In this document: in pieces, positions 1-13,009 of the stretch
How the letters are laid out: each line of letters opens with the position of its first letter
Numbering within the stretch: the stretch's first letter is position 1
Origin: Girardia tigrina
Taxonomy: Eukaryota
Length of the DNA stretch: 64,000 bases
Direction of reading: 5' to 3'
NCBI GenBank assembly: GCA_001938485.1
Contig: MQRK01228686.1
Span: 1 to 64,000 of the forward strand
The notes under the pieces: generated by a model
Told to the model about the DNA's origin: nothing
The model's input: the letters and a program-made list of their open reading frames with translations, nothing else
Database searches by the model: none
Translations under genes and position numbers: made by a program

Positions 1-243
1 GTACAACTTCCTACGTGAAAAAATTTTCAAAAACCAAAATGATGCTCAAAATGCCTTCCAAGAATTCGTCGCTTCGAGAACCGATGCATTTTATGCTGGT
101 GGAATAAAACAACTTGTTTTTCGTTGGAAAAAATGTATTGATTCCAACGGTTCATACTTTGATTAATAAACTTTTGTTTCTTTGAATTTGCACGTCTTTG
201 AAGTTTGTGTCCTCAAACCGCCATTATTTTTCGACCAACCTAA
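1..243 (+). mobile_element. mariner (cecropia/Hsmar1-like) 3' end, truncated by window edge
   Basis: Frame 2 reads YNFLREKIFKNQNDAQNAFQEFVASRTDAFYAGGIKQLVFRWKKCIDSNGSYFD* (stop 164-166). TIR CAAACCGCCATTATTTTTCGACCAACCTAA (214-243) followed by TA resembles the Hsmar1 right TIR. Confidence 0.93.
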
Positions 244-2057
244 TATAATAAAGAGAAAAGCTTATTCTTTGTGTCGATAAGTTTTCGCCTTTATTATACA
301 CATTTTATCGTTTTAGGAAAAAATATCACTGTTCTGGGCATAAATTGATTCATGAGGACGGCCGATTAAAGGGCCATACTGTCAAATCACTGTTTTGTAA
401 CATAAAATTGTCGGAATAATTATTTCGATGGTTATTTGGCGTTCCGAACACGAAAGAGATGTCAATCCTGATTCTTCAAAACTCTTCTCATATATTTGTT
501 TCATATACTTACATTTTATATTATTTATTAAAATTTTGAAACATTTTTCCAACACATTGTGTCAATAAAGACCTCAACCATTAGTAAAACCGATCTGAAT
601 ATTTTTACCTCGCGAAAAAGTAAGTTTGTTCAATTTAGATTATTTATTACATTTTTCTTATTATTCTATTTTATTCATTTAATATTTAATTTGTAAAATA
701 ATCCTTTGCGTCACCGTCCGCAACAAAGCAAACGGTCAAGTAATTTATGAATAATAAGTAACCGAAGCAGATTATGGAGGCGGTGGAGACAGAGGGGGAG
801 GCAATAAAAATTTTAAAATTATGATAAAAGAAGTGAAGTACAAGTTACAAACATGCTCATAGATCTTCATAGATTATTTTACGATGATGACTGTTTTTAT
901 TGGTATTCATTTTCTAAAGTAACATTTTAAAAATAATTAATTAATTAATTTATTACTTTAGTTTTTATACTTTATTCTAATTAAACGTGATTTTCTTCTA
1001 TAAAGCTAGTATTATATTATCGAAAGAAATTATCAAGGGTCTTCTTCTGCTCAGTGTCGTTTTTGAAGACTTTCTTTTGAAGGTTGAAGAAAGTATTCTT
1101 GCTCGAGGACCCCTTAACATTTCGTTTTTTTCAATTCCTTTCTTAAACTTGTGCGTTTCATTAAAAATAATTTTTATCCATAAAAAATAACTTAATAAAT
1201 CCCATCTTTCAAACAAAAATCGTTTTTTTTTCTATAACAATTGACGAATAATTAAAACAAACAATTTCCAGTGATTTATTTTCATTAGAATCTTTTTAGC
1301 GTATCCGAAAATTTCAAATCGATTATTTGATTTATTTGACAGAAACAAAAAAATAATAATAAATTTTGAACAAATTCATGTCTAAAAAAATAATGAAATA
1401 AAATTCCGCGATAAAGATACAATTAAAACAAACACAACATCCTCCAATTATTCAGCGGTCGGATGAATAAGACCGACAAAACGAAGATGAAACCACAATC
1501 ACCTGTTCGGCCGGGCTGGACGCAAAGATTGTGGCCGGTTGAAGCCATAAATCAAAAGTGACCTTCGTTGTCGAACAAAAGTTCCATGTCCTTCAAGTCA
1601 AACATTTTTTTGTCAATCTTATCACAACCATCGAGCTTCGTTTATTTAATACAAACAAAAACTTAAATTTCCGTTGTTTAGTTAAAACAAAAAAATAACA
1701 TCGTTTTTGTTTCATAAAGTCACAAATGTTTCAATATTTAATAATTATTAAAAAAATTGAATAACAAATTAATTTTTAATTAAATTTATTTATATATTTG
1801 AAATAACCAAAAAAATTATTATAAATAATTATACTATTTGATATACTATTTGATTGTTATCGGAATATTAACAATGAATGTTTGTTGTACTTGAAGTTTT
1901 GTTTTAATCGTGGCAGAAGATTGAACCTTGAAATGTGAAAATTCATAGGAAATTTCTGTGAAGTTTGTTTGGGTTGATTTAAACAAATATATTGTTAATG
2001 TCAATCATAAATTTTGGCCCTTAAGAGGGTCGTATTACTTTCAAAGCTTGTGGTATT

Positions 2058-2245
2058 CTTAGCCAACTCTCCCGACAGCAGCAGTCTCACTCCCGTCTGG
2101 ATCTCTGCTCGTGATCGACGACTTCTTGTGAAATTGCGCCAGTCGACTGGCCTCACTTGCAATCCGGTCGAACACATCGTTCACGAGACTTCATGATCGA
2201 AATGGCTTTGACAGAGATGCCAGTGTCTGGGTGCACCTGCTGCAG
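2058..2245 (-). pseudogene. H2B: histone H2B core fragment with two frameshifts
   Basis: Minus strand reads [20 protein letters not shown] / [26 protein letters not shown] / [16 protein letters not shown]. This is the H2B histone fold, with frameshifts near 2186 and 2107. The normal N-tail/YSIYIYK segment and the C-terminal HAVSEGTKAVTKY are absent. Confidence 0.92.
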
Positions 2246-2356
2246 CCGTAATTTTATCATTAGTCTTTCTTCGATTTTCGATTCCTCATTGTCGACAATT
2301 TCGATTTTGCTTTTCTTGGATTTTCTTTCTTCTTTTGTGGACATTTTACGATTGTT

Positions 2357-2476
2357 TTTTAAGAAGAAAAACGATAACACAACTCCCATTCCGGCACTGA
2401 TAAGTGTTTTAATGAAACCATCCGACAGACAACGATCAACTTTCATTCTCAATTCCTCATCGATTTTAGAAATCAT
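2357..2476 (-). pseudogene. MICOS10: MICOS subunit Mic10 (MINOS1) N-terminal fragment fused to unrelated sequence
   Basis: MISKIDEELRMKVDRCLSDGFIKTLISAGMGVVLSFFFLK aligns by eye with the Mic10 N-terminus (ELGRKWDRCLADAVVKIGTGFGLGIVFSLTFFK). The second TM helix (WP..G.G.G.G) is not present. Confidence 0.75.
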
Positions 2477-2629
2477 AATACAATCGCAATTCGTTTTATT
2501 AGAAAGTAAAAATAAAATATTACTTTAATCGATTTTCATACTTTATTATATAACAAAGACAATCTATCATTAATTCGCTTAAACAAACGAAAGAATCTAA
2601 ACTATTTAAAAATTATTAGTATACATATG

Positions 2630-2670
<41 letters not shown>

Positions 2671-2865
2671 TATAAAAATAAATTTTTTTTACTTTTTCAA
2701 TTTGAATGAAAATTTTAATTCGTTCCGAAACATATATTGAAAGTGAAGGTTTCAGTAATAATAAATAGTAACAAAAATAATAAATACTAATAGTTTTATA
2801 ATAGTAATATAATAGTAATAATAGCAATAATAGTAATAGTAGTATTAATAATAATAATAATAAAG

Positions 2866-3539
2866 TGTTAGGACTTAGGGAAGCTCAAATAAATTTTTGA
2901 ATTTTAATATTTAAAATTTAAAATTTTTAAAAATATTTCATACATTAAAATGTAGCAGCAGAAATTTTATGGTAAAAATATGTTTTATTTATTAAAATAT
3001 TAGAAACTTTTATGTTTAAAAAGATTTTAAATTAACATCTAAAATGAAAATTTTATTATATATGTAATGATTAAAGCATGAAGTTGAATCCTGAGGATGT
3101 TCAGATGGCCCGCCACAGCAATTTTTATATGTATATAAAAGAAAATATTAAGGAAATATTAACGATTAAAAAAATTGATTAAAAAGTAAAAGTTGTTAGA
3201 AGGTTTATTATTTGGATTGAAATAAAGTTATAATTATTCTCATTGGATTCTTTATTCTTTAATAGTGGAGTTTCTTTTTATAAGATTAATTATTCCTCAA
3301 TATAGATGCAAAGTTTATAAGAAAAATCAAAATGAAAAGTTTAGTTTAAGATATTTAAAAAAATATGTTCAACGATTAAAATAGAAACTTTATAATTGAA
3401 ATATTTCTAATATGAATATTTTTAACATGAATTTTAAATAAAGAGTTTTAACAAAATCTTTAAATGATAAAATAATAATATTGTGTTTTATTAATAAAAT
3501 ATTGTTCTTATTCTTCAACTTTTGGTATTGAACTTAACA
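2866..3539 (+). mobile_element. putative solo LTR (TGTT...AACA termini)
   Basis: Starts TGTTAGGAC and ends ...GAACTTAACA. Both termini are homologous to the termini of the element at 30241-30498 (opposite strand). Internal TATATAAA and AATAAA. No clear TSD. Confidence 0.55.
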
Positions 3540-4126
3540 ATAATAATATTAATAATNNNNNNNNNNNNNNNNNNNNNNNNNNNNNNNNNNNNNNNNNNNN
3601 NNNNNNNNNNNNNNNNNNNNNNNNNNNNNNNNNNNNNNNNNNNNNNNNNNNNNNNNNNNNNNNNNNNNNNNNNNNNNNNNNNNNNNNNNNNNNNNNNNNN
3701 NAAGATTCATAACTCCAAATATTTATTTCTATTACCATTTCATATTTTTCCAAACAAACTTAGGAGGAACAATATTTTCTTATTTTGCACAAAATCAGAT
3801 ATCAGAATTTTATTATAAACATCCATATATAAATTTTAGTTTTAATTATCAGTATTTATATATTAATTATAAAAATTTTAATGGTTTTTTTATTATTTTT
3901 AAAAAAATCAAATGTGTTAAAAATAATTTTAAAGTTTACAACATTTTCAAATAGCTTTAATATTTAAAAAATTATCTGTTTAAATAAAATTTCATTAATT
4001 ACTTTTCGAGAATTAATTTGTTAAAATTAATTTGAGATTTTTTTTAAAAATTCTTTTCAAGAACTTTTGATTTTAGATATTTACTTATTTTAAATATTAC
4101 AAATTTAAGAGTGTGTCAATCCTCAC

Positions 4127-4177
<51 letters not shown>
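4127..4177. repeat. (TAA)n microsatellite
   Basis: Direct perfect TAA run. Confidence 0.95.
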
Positions 4178-4178
<1 letters not shown>

Positions 4179-6242
4179 TTTTTTTCTTTATAAATTAAGA
4201 CTGCGAAAAAAGATCAATTAATAACGTTTCTGATTGAACATTTTTGTTAATCTGAAAATTTCGTGAAGGAAAGTCGTGATGATTTATGGAAAAAGACGAC
4301 TTTCAAATTAAAGGAAATGTGAGTGTTTCAAGTTTTGTCGATGCAAATTTAATGTCTGCCGCATATGTGAAGCATATCGGAGATTAAAGGTTTGTGTTTT
4401 TGCAAATCGTACGTCTATTTTTATGGTAACGTTGAGAGTACTCTCAATATTCTCACAGGATAAACGATATTTGTTAAGAGATTTCCGCCTTTCTGTTGAT
4501 ATAATCCTTTTTCCTAATACATTATAACATGTTTATTTTTTACTTTTCTCCTGTCTTTTCAAATAGGACTTATTTTTCGAAAGTGAGTTTCACTGCTTTT
4601 CAAGGATGTAAGGAATGCTTGAAGATTTATGGTCTGTCCAAGCCTTAGGACAAACATAACAAATAAAAGAAATAACAATTTGTTTAACGAAATTTCTTTA
4701 CAAAATAATTCCCAAATTGTTGACTTTTCTTTTCTTATAATAAATACTTTCAATAAAAATTTATTTTATTATAAAATAAATAAAAGTTTATTAAAAAAAC
4801 CAAAACTTTAGTTTTGCAAATCATTGCCCCCCATTACAAGAATATTATTTAAAACTGGGGGGATGTACTATTTCTGACTCCGAGGGGAAAATAAATTAAT
4901 GTTTCAAAGTTCTAAAAATTGAATAACTAAAAACGTATTTGGAAATGCAGCGAGGCTTTTATTGACAATTTTAAATTGTTGTAAGAAACTTTCTTTTGAA
5001 GGTTGACCCATAACATAAAATATCAGAGGATGAAGTTATTTGAGGCTTTCTCAAAGATTTTGAGGAAAAGTTTAATACTTTCTGGAGTTTGTGAGAATTC
5101 CCTAAATACCTATAGACATTTCGTGGGACAAATATTTGGAGCACAATGAGTCTTTGTGTGAATCTTTTCGTAATTTCACACAAAAAATTGATATTATTTT
5201 TGCATTATTTTTTTTACCTTCTTTGACACTATTATTATTTATCTTTACAAGGATTAGATCAATGTTCTTCTAATTATCACTATAAGAATGACATATAAAA
5301 TTCTCTAAAAGATCTATATTCTGTGTTCAAAAATAGCTCAAAAGTATCTTTCAGGCCATGAAAATCTTTGTAGTTTCATCGGTCTGGAAGATTTTCAAGT
5401 CAATAATCTGAGTTGAATTATTCATAAATTGGCAAAGATGTTTCCCGAAAACTTCATACTATCCAGAAGATAAATAGGGAACCCGAAATCAAAACTCAAA
5501 TATTATCGACTTGTAATTCTTTTATTTTCAGAAACAGAAGAGGCCATTTCTCAAAAAACTTATTAATGGAGAAGGGAAATAGGTTTCCCTTGTTAATGTT
5601 CAAGGTAAGAAAATATCCTTCATATATGACATATTTGGCATATAATTTCATTGATTCTACTTTAATGTTTTGGAAGAAACCACAGAAATAAAGTCTTTTC
5701 TCCTTTCTCAAATTTGAACTTTGTAAAGGTTTTTTTCTGTTTAAACTGTCATGTATTTGGTGTGTTTTATGCCGAAAATGATGAACTTATTTCAAAGCAA
5801 ATACATGACCTAACTAAGCCAAAATGTCTTTTAAAGGTTTATTATGAGTTTGGAGGGATATCAGTCGTGTAAAAGTGTGGTGACTGATTCCATTGAATAA
5901 TAGTACTGATTGTAGCAGAAAAGGACTTAAATCAGTAAATTTATAGTCTAAATCATTTGCTAAACAATAAAGATTTAAAATAAAAAGTTTGAAATTGTAT
6001 AATAAAGTTATGTTAGTTATAGCAAACTCAAAACAGAAAGAATAAAAGAAGAGTTGACAGATTAAGATAAGAAGAAAAAGTTGTTTAGGAGATCAAAACC
6101 AAACAAATAATACCAGAACAAGTACAAAATCTTGATTATAAGATTTGCCGTTGATTTGATACTTAATGTTGTGTTGGAAAAATCTCGATGAACAGATAAT
6201 ATGTTAGACCAAAATATATATCAAATATTTCAACAAGTTAAT

Positions 6243-6430
6243 GTTTCACAGTTAGTAATAAATATGCGGTATGATTTGTTGAATTCGATACCAATTATTT
6301 CTGTATTAGAGTGTTAAGAAATCGTTTCACCTTTGAAAATAAATATTCGGTACGATTTGTCTGACTCAGTACCAATTATTTCAGTATTAGAGTGTTAAGA
6401 AATCGTTTCACTGTTAAAAATAAATATTCA
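6243..6430. repeat. 81-bp tandem repeat, ~2.3 copies
   Basis: GTTTCAC recurs at 6243, 6324 and 6405, with shared TACCAATTATTTC.GTATTAGAGTGTTAAGAAATC. Confidence 0.9.
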
Positions 6431-6782
6431 GCACATTTTCAAAAAAAACAACACGACTCGGTAATTTTATTTGGAATAAATTACTAATATGACATTTCAT
6501 AATTTTTTTGAATTTTTAAAGTATTCATGACAATACTGAAAATCGATAGAGCCATATATAATTCCAATTTCATAATTTAATTTTTATAATATAATATAAC
6601 TAATTTATAATATATCTAATGATAATATGCTTTTTCCACTCCAAAACCACGCTACAGGAGGCGGTCACTTAGAGTATGACTCCCATACAGGGACTGGAAT
6701 TGAGAGGAGAAAGCATAACGCAAATATAAAATAATAAATTTATAACAATGATATGAAAATAAAATTGTAATTTTAAGATATA

Positions 6783-7314
6783 CCATTCGTTCGTCCCGCG
6801 TTCGTACATGGTGCAATAATTCGTCCCTAATTTATTTTATTCTTACATAATAAATAGAAGGAACATAATGTCTATATGTAAAACAGTCCCACGTCTATAT
6901 TACCAGAGACTAAACCAGATATTGCGAACAGTTAGAACTTTTAACATTCTTTGAATATACTTATGTTTCAATTAGAAGGCTTTGAGATAGATCTCATGTG
7001 CCACCTCTTTAATGCATTGAGGTTTGGAATATGCATACCATATGTTTTGGTGGTATAGCTGGTACGAATGATGCAGTCAAAAGTGGACACTACGGTTTTG
7101 CAGATCATTTTTCACTCCCACCACCAAATCTATGGATCTTTTCAGACTGTCTAAGAAGCAAAATTAAAATAAAAAAAGACATGTTCCGAAGCTGCCCCAA
7201 AGCCCAGTTGAAAAAAGATCATGGACTGTTTTACATAAAGGCATTTTGTTCGTTTTATTTATCATGTAAGAATAAAAGAAATTTGGGACGAATGAACGCC
7301 TGATGAACGAATCC
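6783..7314 (+). mobile_element. internally deleted Mutator-like (MULE) element
   Basis: Imperfect TIRs (ATTCGTTCGTC...TTCGTCCCTAATTT / AAATTTGGGACGAATGAACG...GAACGAAT). The interior encodes decayed VPPL..IEVWNMH, TNDAVKSGH and PPNLWIFSDCLR, resembling the MULE C-terminal PLFPxxxWN / RTNNxxEGWH / HPNLWxF motifs. Confidence 0.65.
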
Positions 7315-8587
7315 TAAACCAATTTTAATATATATAATTTAGTATAATTACAAGATGGTTGCATTATTTATGGTGAACATCAATTTGGAACAATTTGATC
7401 ATCTTATTAACAAGTTTTAGGTTCTGATCGATAGTTTCTTTCAACAGGAAAGAGGTAATTCTTCATTTAGACAACTGTAGGACTTCACGAGTCAAGCTCA
7501 AGGAATCCGCTTCACGCATTTTATTTTCTTCATTCACATCTCCAGCCCTTCCTTAACACAGGTATAACTGGATTCTTTGAATAAGAATGCTTACAATTTT
7601 GTCTGGATGGACTTTTTATAAATACGTCGCATGAAAAAGAAAATAAATTTCCCATTGTTTTACTTCATCCATTTGAAAAGGCGTTGGGATTAAAAAATTT
7701 TAAAAAATTTTAAATTATCCTCTTTTTAACATCAAAATTTAATTAGATTATTTTTTTTAATGGAAACCAAAAATATAATAAAATACAACATTTAATAATC
7801 CCACATTAATAATTGTATAAACAAATAAATAATATATTTATCAATATAAAAACATTATATGTATTTTATTTTATTTTAAACATTTTTCACAAAAATATTG
7901 TAAAATTACTCATCGAAATTATTTATAATTATAATTTCTAAATATAAATATAAATAAAAGTTTAGTTTAATTATTGGGGAGAGAAGCATTGATATAATGA
8001 GCGATTGTGATGAACTCCGAAAGGTTAATAATAACGGAAGGTCCAAAGTGGAGAATGAAATAATTATAAAATAATGAAATAAAATAATAAAGTTGCCAAA
8101 AGTAATACATAATTTCCATCATTATTATTCAAAAAGCCTCCATTTTTCGTATTTATGTTTATTTTTATTTTTTTCTAAATTCTTTCTTAACCATAAATAT
8201 TTAATAATTTTATATCTTCTCTGAAAGAGACCATTATTTATTTCTTTACGGTTTTCAAGATCATATGTGAATCAAAAATAGAAAATATAAAGTTAATAAT
8301 AAATCTAATCAGGTAAAGACCTTTATAGAAAGATCATCTGAAAGAGCTTTGATAAAGGTATTTGGATGTTACCACCTTCACGTGCAGATTAATCCTTTTG
8401 TTAAGTTATGTTCACCTCACTTTCCTGATCTATGAATATGATGGTAAATTGGATTTTATGTAGCTTTTGCATTACCCTAATGAGTTTGAGAAGGTTCACT
8501 GAGTTACCCCCCAAAACAATCGATAAAATGTTCAATTACTTGAGTTCTACGGAAAGTGATCCACGTTTACGGTAAATCACTCTAGGA

Positions 8588-10030
8588 CAGGGGTGTGCAA
8601 ACATTTTGTCGTTGATGGTCACAAATCAATAAGTCTTCTGGTACCACGGTCACATGAATTTCGAAGGGATTATTGGTCATGTGTAGCCGGCTTACCGCAA
8701 ATGTGAGGAATGTTTTGAATTGTGTATTGATATTGTGCATGTTGTATGTTGATTCGGATTGTGCCTCTCTTACACAGATGGATGATTGATATTTTCTTTG
8801 ATTCATACTAATTAAAAATAATTTAATTTAATTGTAAAGTAAAAAGATTTAAAATAATTTTTGAATGTATTATTTATTTTTTAATGTAATTTAAAATTTT
8901 AATATATTAATTTAATATGTTCTNNNNNNNNNNNNNNNNNNNNNNNNNNNNNNNNNNNNNNNNNNNATTCTTTATAATTAATAATTTTTATTAACAGATT
9001 TTCATTTATTGAAAATAATTAGTTTGAACTCAGAAAAATATTGATCAAGAGAGATGTCAAATAGTGAATGCGCTTGTAATATTAATATTAGTTTTAAGTT
9101 TCGCCAAAATAGTTTATTATTTTTTTAATTTGAAAATTTAAAGAACATAAATTAACAATTATAATGCAGAGTAAAAATATGATAATAAATACTTATTTAA
9201 AATATGTTTACAGTAATAACAATTAACATATTTTAATAAAAGTTATAGAATAAGCTAAATAAATTTTAATTAACGGATTAATATTTTCANNNNNNNNTTT
9301 TTTAATAAAATGGTTATTGTAAATTTAAATTAATTAGTTTTATGATTAAGTTTCGTAAGAATGTAAAATTTGGTTACATTAAAAATTTGTAAATTTTTTG
9401 TAAAAAAATATAAGATAAATTAAGATTTAAATATTGTAAAATTTTTTTGTAAAGAAATATAAGATTATTTAAGATCAAAATATTGTAAAATTTTTGTAAA
9501 AAAATGTAAGATTATTTAAGATTTAAATTTTTGTATATTTTCAAAATTTAATCGAAAAAATTTAATGAACTAATTTTTGGCGAAATAATTGAAGTAACAA
9601 GAAATTTGTTTAAGTACATGAATTGTGAATATTAATAAATTTTTGTGGTGTTAAATTATGACTTTAGAATGTGATAATAATGAAAGTGGCATAAACGCTA
9701 CTTACAAATAATAAATGTTGTAAACCTCATATTGATGTTGTTAATAGGTCACAAATCAATAAGTATTCTGGTACCACGGTCGCATGAATTTCGAAGGGAT
9801 TATTGGTCATGTGTAGCCGGCTTACCGCAAATGTGGGCGCACACACAGACAAGACACTATTGCCTACCATAAGCCATGAGACTGCACAAACATTTGATAT
9901 ATGACCGCTTTATACATTAAAATTTAATGTTTAAATTTTAATTAATGTTTAAAAATTTAATTTAAAGATTAAATTCATATATTTCTCCACGGCCGCATGC
10001 GGCCGTACGGCCACAGGTTGTGCACCTCTG
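8588..10030. mobile_element. non-autonomous hAT (Buster/Charlie-type) element carrying an internal insertion
   Basis: Perfect 8-bp TSD CTCTAGGA (8580-8587, 10031-10038) with central TA. TIRs CAGGGGTGTGCAAAC / GGTTGTGCACCTCTG. Subterminal palindrome GGCCGCATGCGGCC. Confidence 0.88.
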
Positions 10031-12439
10031 CTCTAGGATATATCTGATGTTAAAGTCAGATTTTACAAGATTCATAAGTGTGAGGAATGAATTTAATACA
10101 CTTCAAATTTAATAAATTTAATACACTTCAAATGTGTGAATGTATAGATATTGTATGTTGATTTGAGTATGTTGAACTTAGAATGGTGATTCTCCCACCC
10201 AGATGGAAATTGGTATTTTATTAAATTTAAAGTGATTGACTATTCGAATATAATTAAAATAATAATTTGATAAGTTTATATTTTTTAAATTAACAATTAA
10301 AATTAAGTTTAATATTTTTTTAAGAAAAGAAAAGCATTTAAGTAGATTTAAATAAATTTAATAAGATTTAAATTAAATTCATTTTATATAATTTGATAAC
10401 ATTTTATTAAGAAATGGTTTTAATTATTATTTTTAATTAATATTTTTAAAAATTAAATATTTTAAAAAGATTTAGAAAAATTGTTCGATTAATCATGATT
10501 AAAAACAGAAATAATAAAACAAATTAGAACGATGTCAAACGATGAAAGACTTTCTGAGAGTCATAATGACTCTAAATGTGATTGTAATAAACATTCAAAC
10601 GAGGTTTGTCTCAATGATTTTAATAATAAGTATCCTTAATTCATACGAAATCTCCAAGATTAAACTTTCACTGTTATTGTCATCAAGTAAACCGAACTAT
10701 GTCTTACCTTTTAAAATAAATTTCTAATTAAAAAATATTTTAGAATTTTCTTATAAATAATATATATTTAAAAGGATTGTGAAATGATGTAACATGAGTC
10801 TCGGGCAAAATCAAAAGGGGTACTCTACTCACGGAAGGGTAGGAGTCGTTGTTGGGAAAGATTGTGAAATAATAACTCTTTATTATTTTAAACGAAATTT
10901 TAAGAATAACCTCAATAATCTTTCTTCATAAATCGAGAGAAACGGGATATACTTAAGGTTGACACAAATTTTTGAGAATGACTTTATTATTCTTTTAAAA
11001 TTTACTAAAGGAGCATTTTCAAATTATGAAAAAATATATTTATTGTTCTTTTCATCAAATGTATCGCCGTAAAAGATTTCGTGTGTTTTTATTCGAAATT
11101 TTATAAAATTATTCCGCCAGTGCTGCCCCCCCCTCGGCCACCAGATACAGGGACATATGATTCTCTGATCCGGAGAACTAGAAGAGACTTTTGCTTTTAG
11201 AGACACTCGCCAAGAAAATAGAAAATTAATACTAACAGAATTCAACCGAAAAATTTAATAATTCCCCGAAATCTCGTTGATCGGTTAATGTAAACAATTT
11301 TCTTTACATTTTCCCGAATCAAATATTAAATGTTTCTCTTACAAGTATCTGCGGTGCCACTTTTATTATTAGCAGAATAACTAAAATATTAAGCGGCCCC
11401 CACTGACTTTCAAATGTAATTTAGATATAATTCAGAAATAAATTATCTTAAGTCATAAACCAAAACTTATTATTTATAATTTCCTGAGAGAGATTAACGT
11501 TTTGATCAACCAGAGATATTTGAATGTCCATACCAATATGTCTCAACCTTGCTGACCCTTGTGATTGTCGAGGAAGATTGCAGAAATCTCGTTTGACCAT
11601 CATTACTTTTTTGAATATAAAATTCTTTTTTTACTAAAATGTTTTTAAAATTTTCTAAAATCCATCATTTTATAAAATATAAAATGATTTGATTTAAATT
11701 TAAAATATTATTTTTTTTAATTTTATATATATTTTTTATTTTTACTAATAATTTTTAATTGATTTAATTGATAATAAATTATATAAAAAATTATTTCATA
11801 TATTTTAACATTATCAATATAGTTTTAATTATTTATATTATGTAGGTAACAAAAATATCTTTTATATTCTTCTCCTTCTTCTTCTTCGTCTGTATACCAA
11901 CGATTGTAATATTAATAATATATATTATAATTATATTCGATGGGACTAAGTAAATATTAGATTGGTAAACACTATATTTTGAGAATTATTAATAACAATA
12001 ATTATTATTTATTTTTAATTATTGTTATGCTATTGTTATTTTTTATTTTCACAAATCGAAAACATGAGTCGATTTCAGATGTACTTTGAGAGCATTTAAT
12101 TGTTTTAATTGATTGATTTAAGAGAAACAAAAAGACTTTTTATAAAAATTGGTTTTCTTTTATTTTATTTTAGCTTCAACAAAATCCGCGGTCCTAATTC
12201 CAGATAGGGAGTCTAAAGTAGGGGGGTAGATTTTGATTTAAAAAAAATAATATATTATTGAAAAGTTGAAAGAGAAGCTTCATTTTAAAAGCAGGACTAC
12301 CGTTTCATTTTACCTTTACATTAAGGTCCCCGAAAATTCTTCTAAAAGCTATTTTTTAAAGAGTTTTTAAATCATTCGATGGGGTCGATTTACTCATCAA
12401 ACCCTCCTTGATTCTGTTGGTCCTAGAAAATGTCTTATT

Positions 12440-12860
12440 AAATATTTATTATTCCATTTTCCTCATATTTAAAACTCCAAGTATCATTTATTTTCAGTTT
12501 ATTTAGTGTCTCTTGAATAAGTTTTGATTCTCAATTAAAATATTTATTTACTTTAATTATGTTCTCTTAAACCTTTAAACCTCCCCAGGGAGCCGCGGCT
12601 TTTAGGGCTTTTGGTTACATAATATATTTCTGTTATATAAAACCGGGATAATTATGGGATCAGATGTTGAAGATAGGATATGATGAGAAACAAGAAACCT
12701 AATTTACTGTAAGACCCATTAAGTATAACGAACATCGGTGTCATCCGTAACATAACACGTTATTTTTAGTTGCGAAACCTTCCTGCAAAATATAATTTCC
12801 GAAAATCATTTACAATGTATAAAATAATAATAAATGGATTTTCCAAAACCCCATTGATGT
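12440..12860 (-). mobile_element. decayed non-LTR retrotransposon reverse transcriptase remnant
   Basis: Minus strand shows degenerate VL..PF.....VNDF (~12860-12805), then CY(A)DDT (~12755-12737), then YLGV-like (~12480), in the correct RT order, with frameshifts. Confidence 0.45.
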
Positions 12861-13009
12861 TATCCAAAGGGTAGTTGCTATTTTACGCCTCCTCACATAA
12901 GTTTAAGAAAGGGATTTAAGAAAGTAAACATATTTAAATAAAAATATGAAAAATAAATATATATATATATATATATTATTGAGTCTTGTGAACGCAAGTT
13001 TAGTATTTC

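Noticed and set aside
7298-7314. CTGATGA resembling a hammerhead core (also ~34897, ~41950, ~60988)
   Set aside because: No stem II/GAAA/NUH arrangement; these lie in TE termini or transposase codons.
7560-7640. Minus-strand RIYK.VHPD resembling H2B
   Set aside because: Similarity is limited to a few residues and does not continue.
8699-8715. KCEEC/HKCEE translation suggesting a LINE zinc knuckle
   Set aside because: Better explained as the TGTGAGGAAT terminus of a repeat; no downstream His/Cys spacing or open frame.
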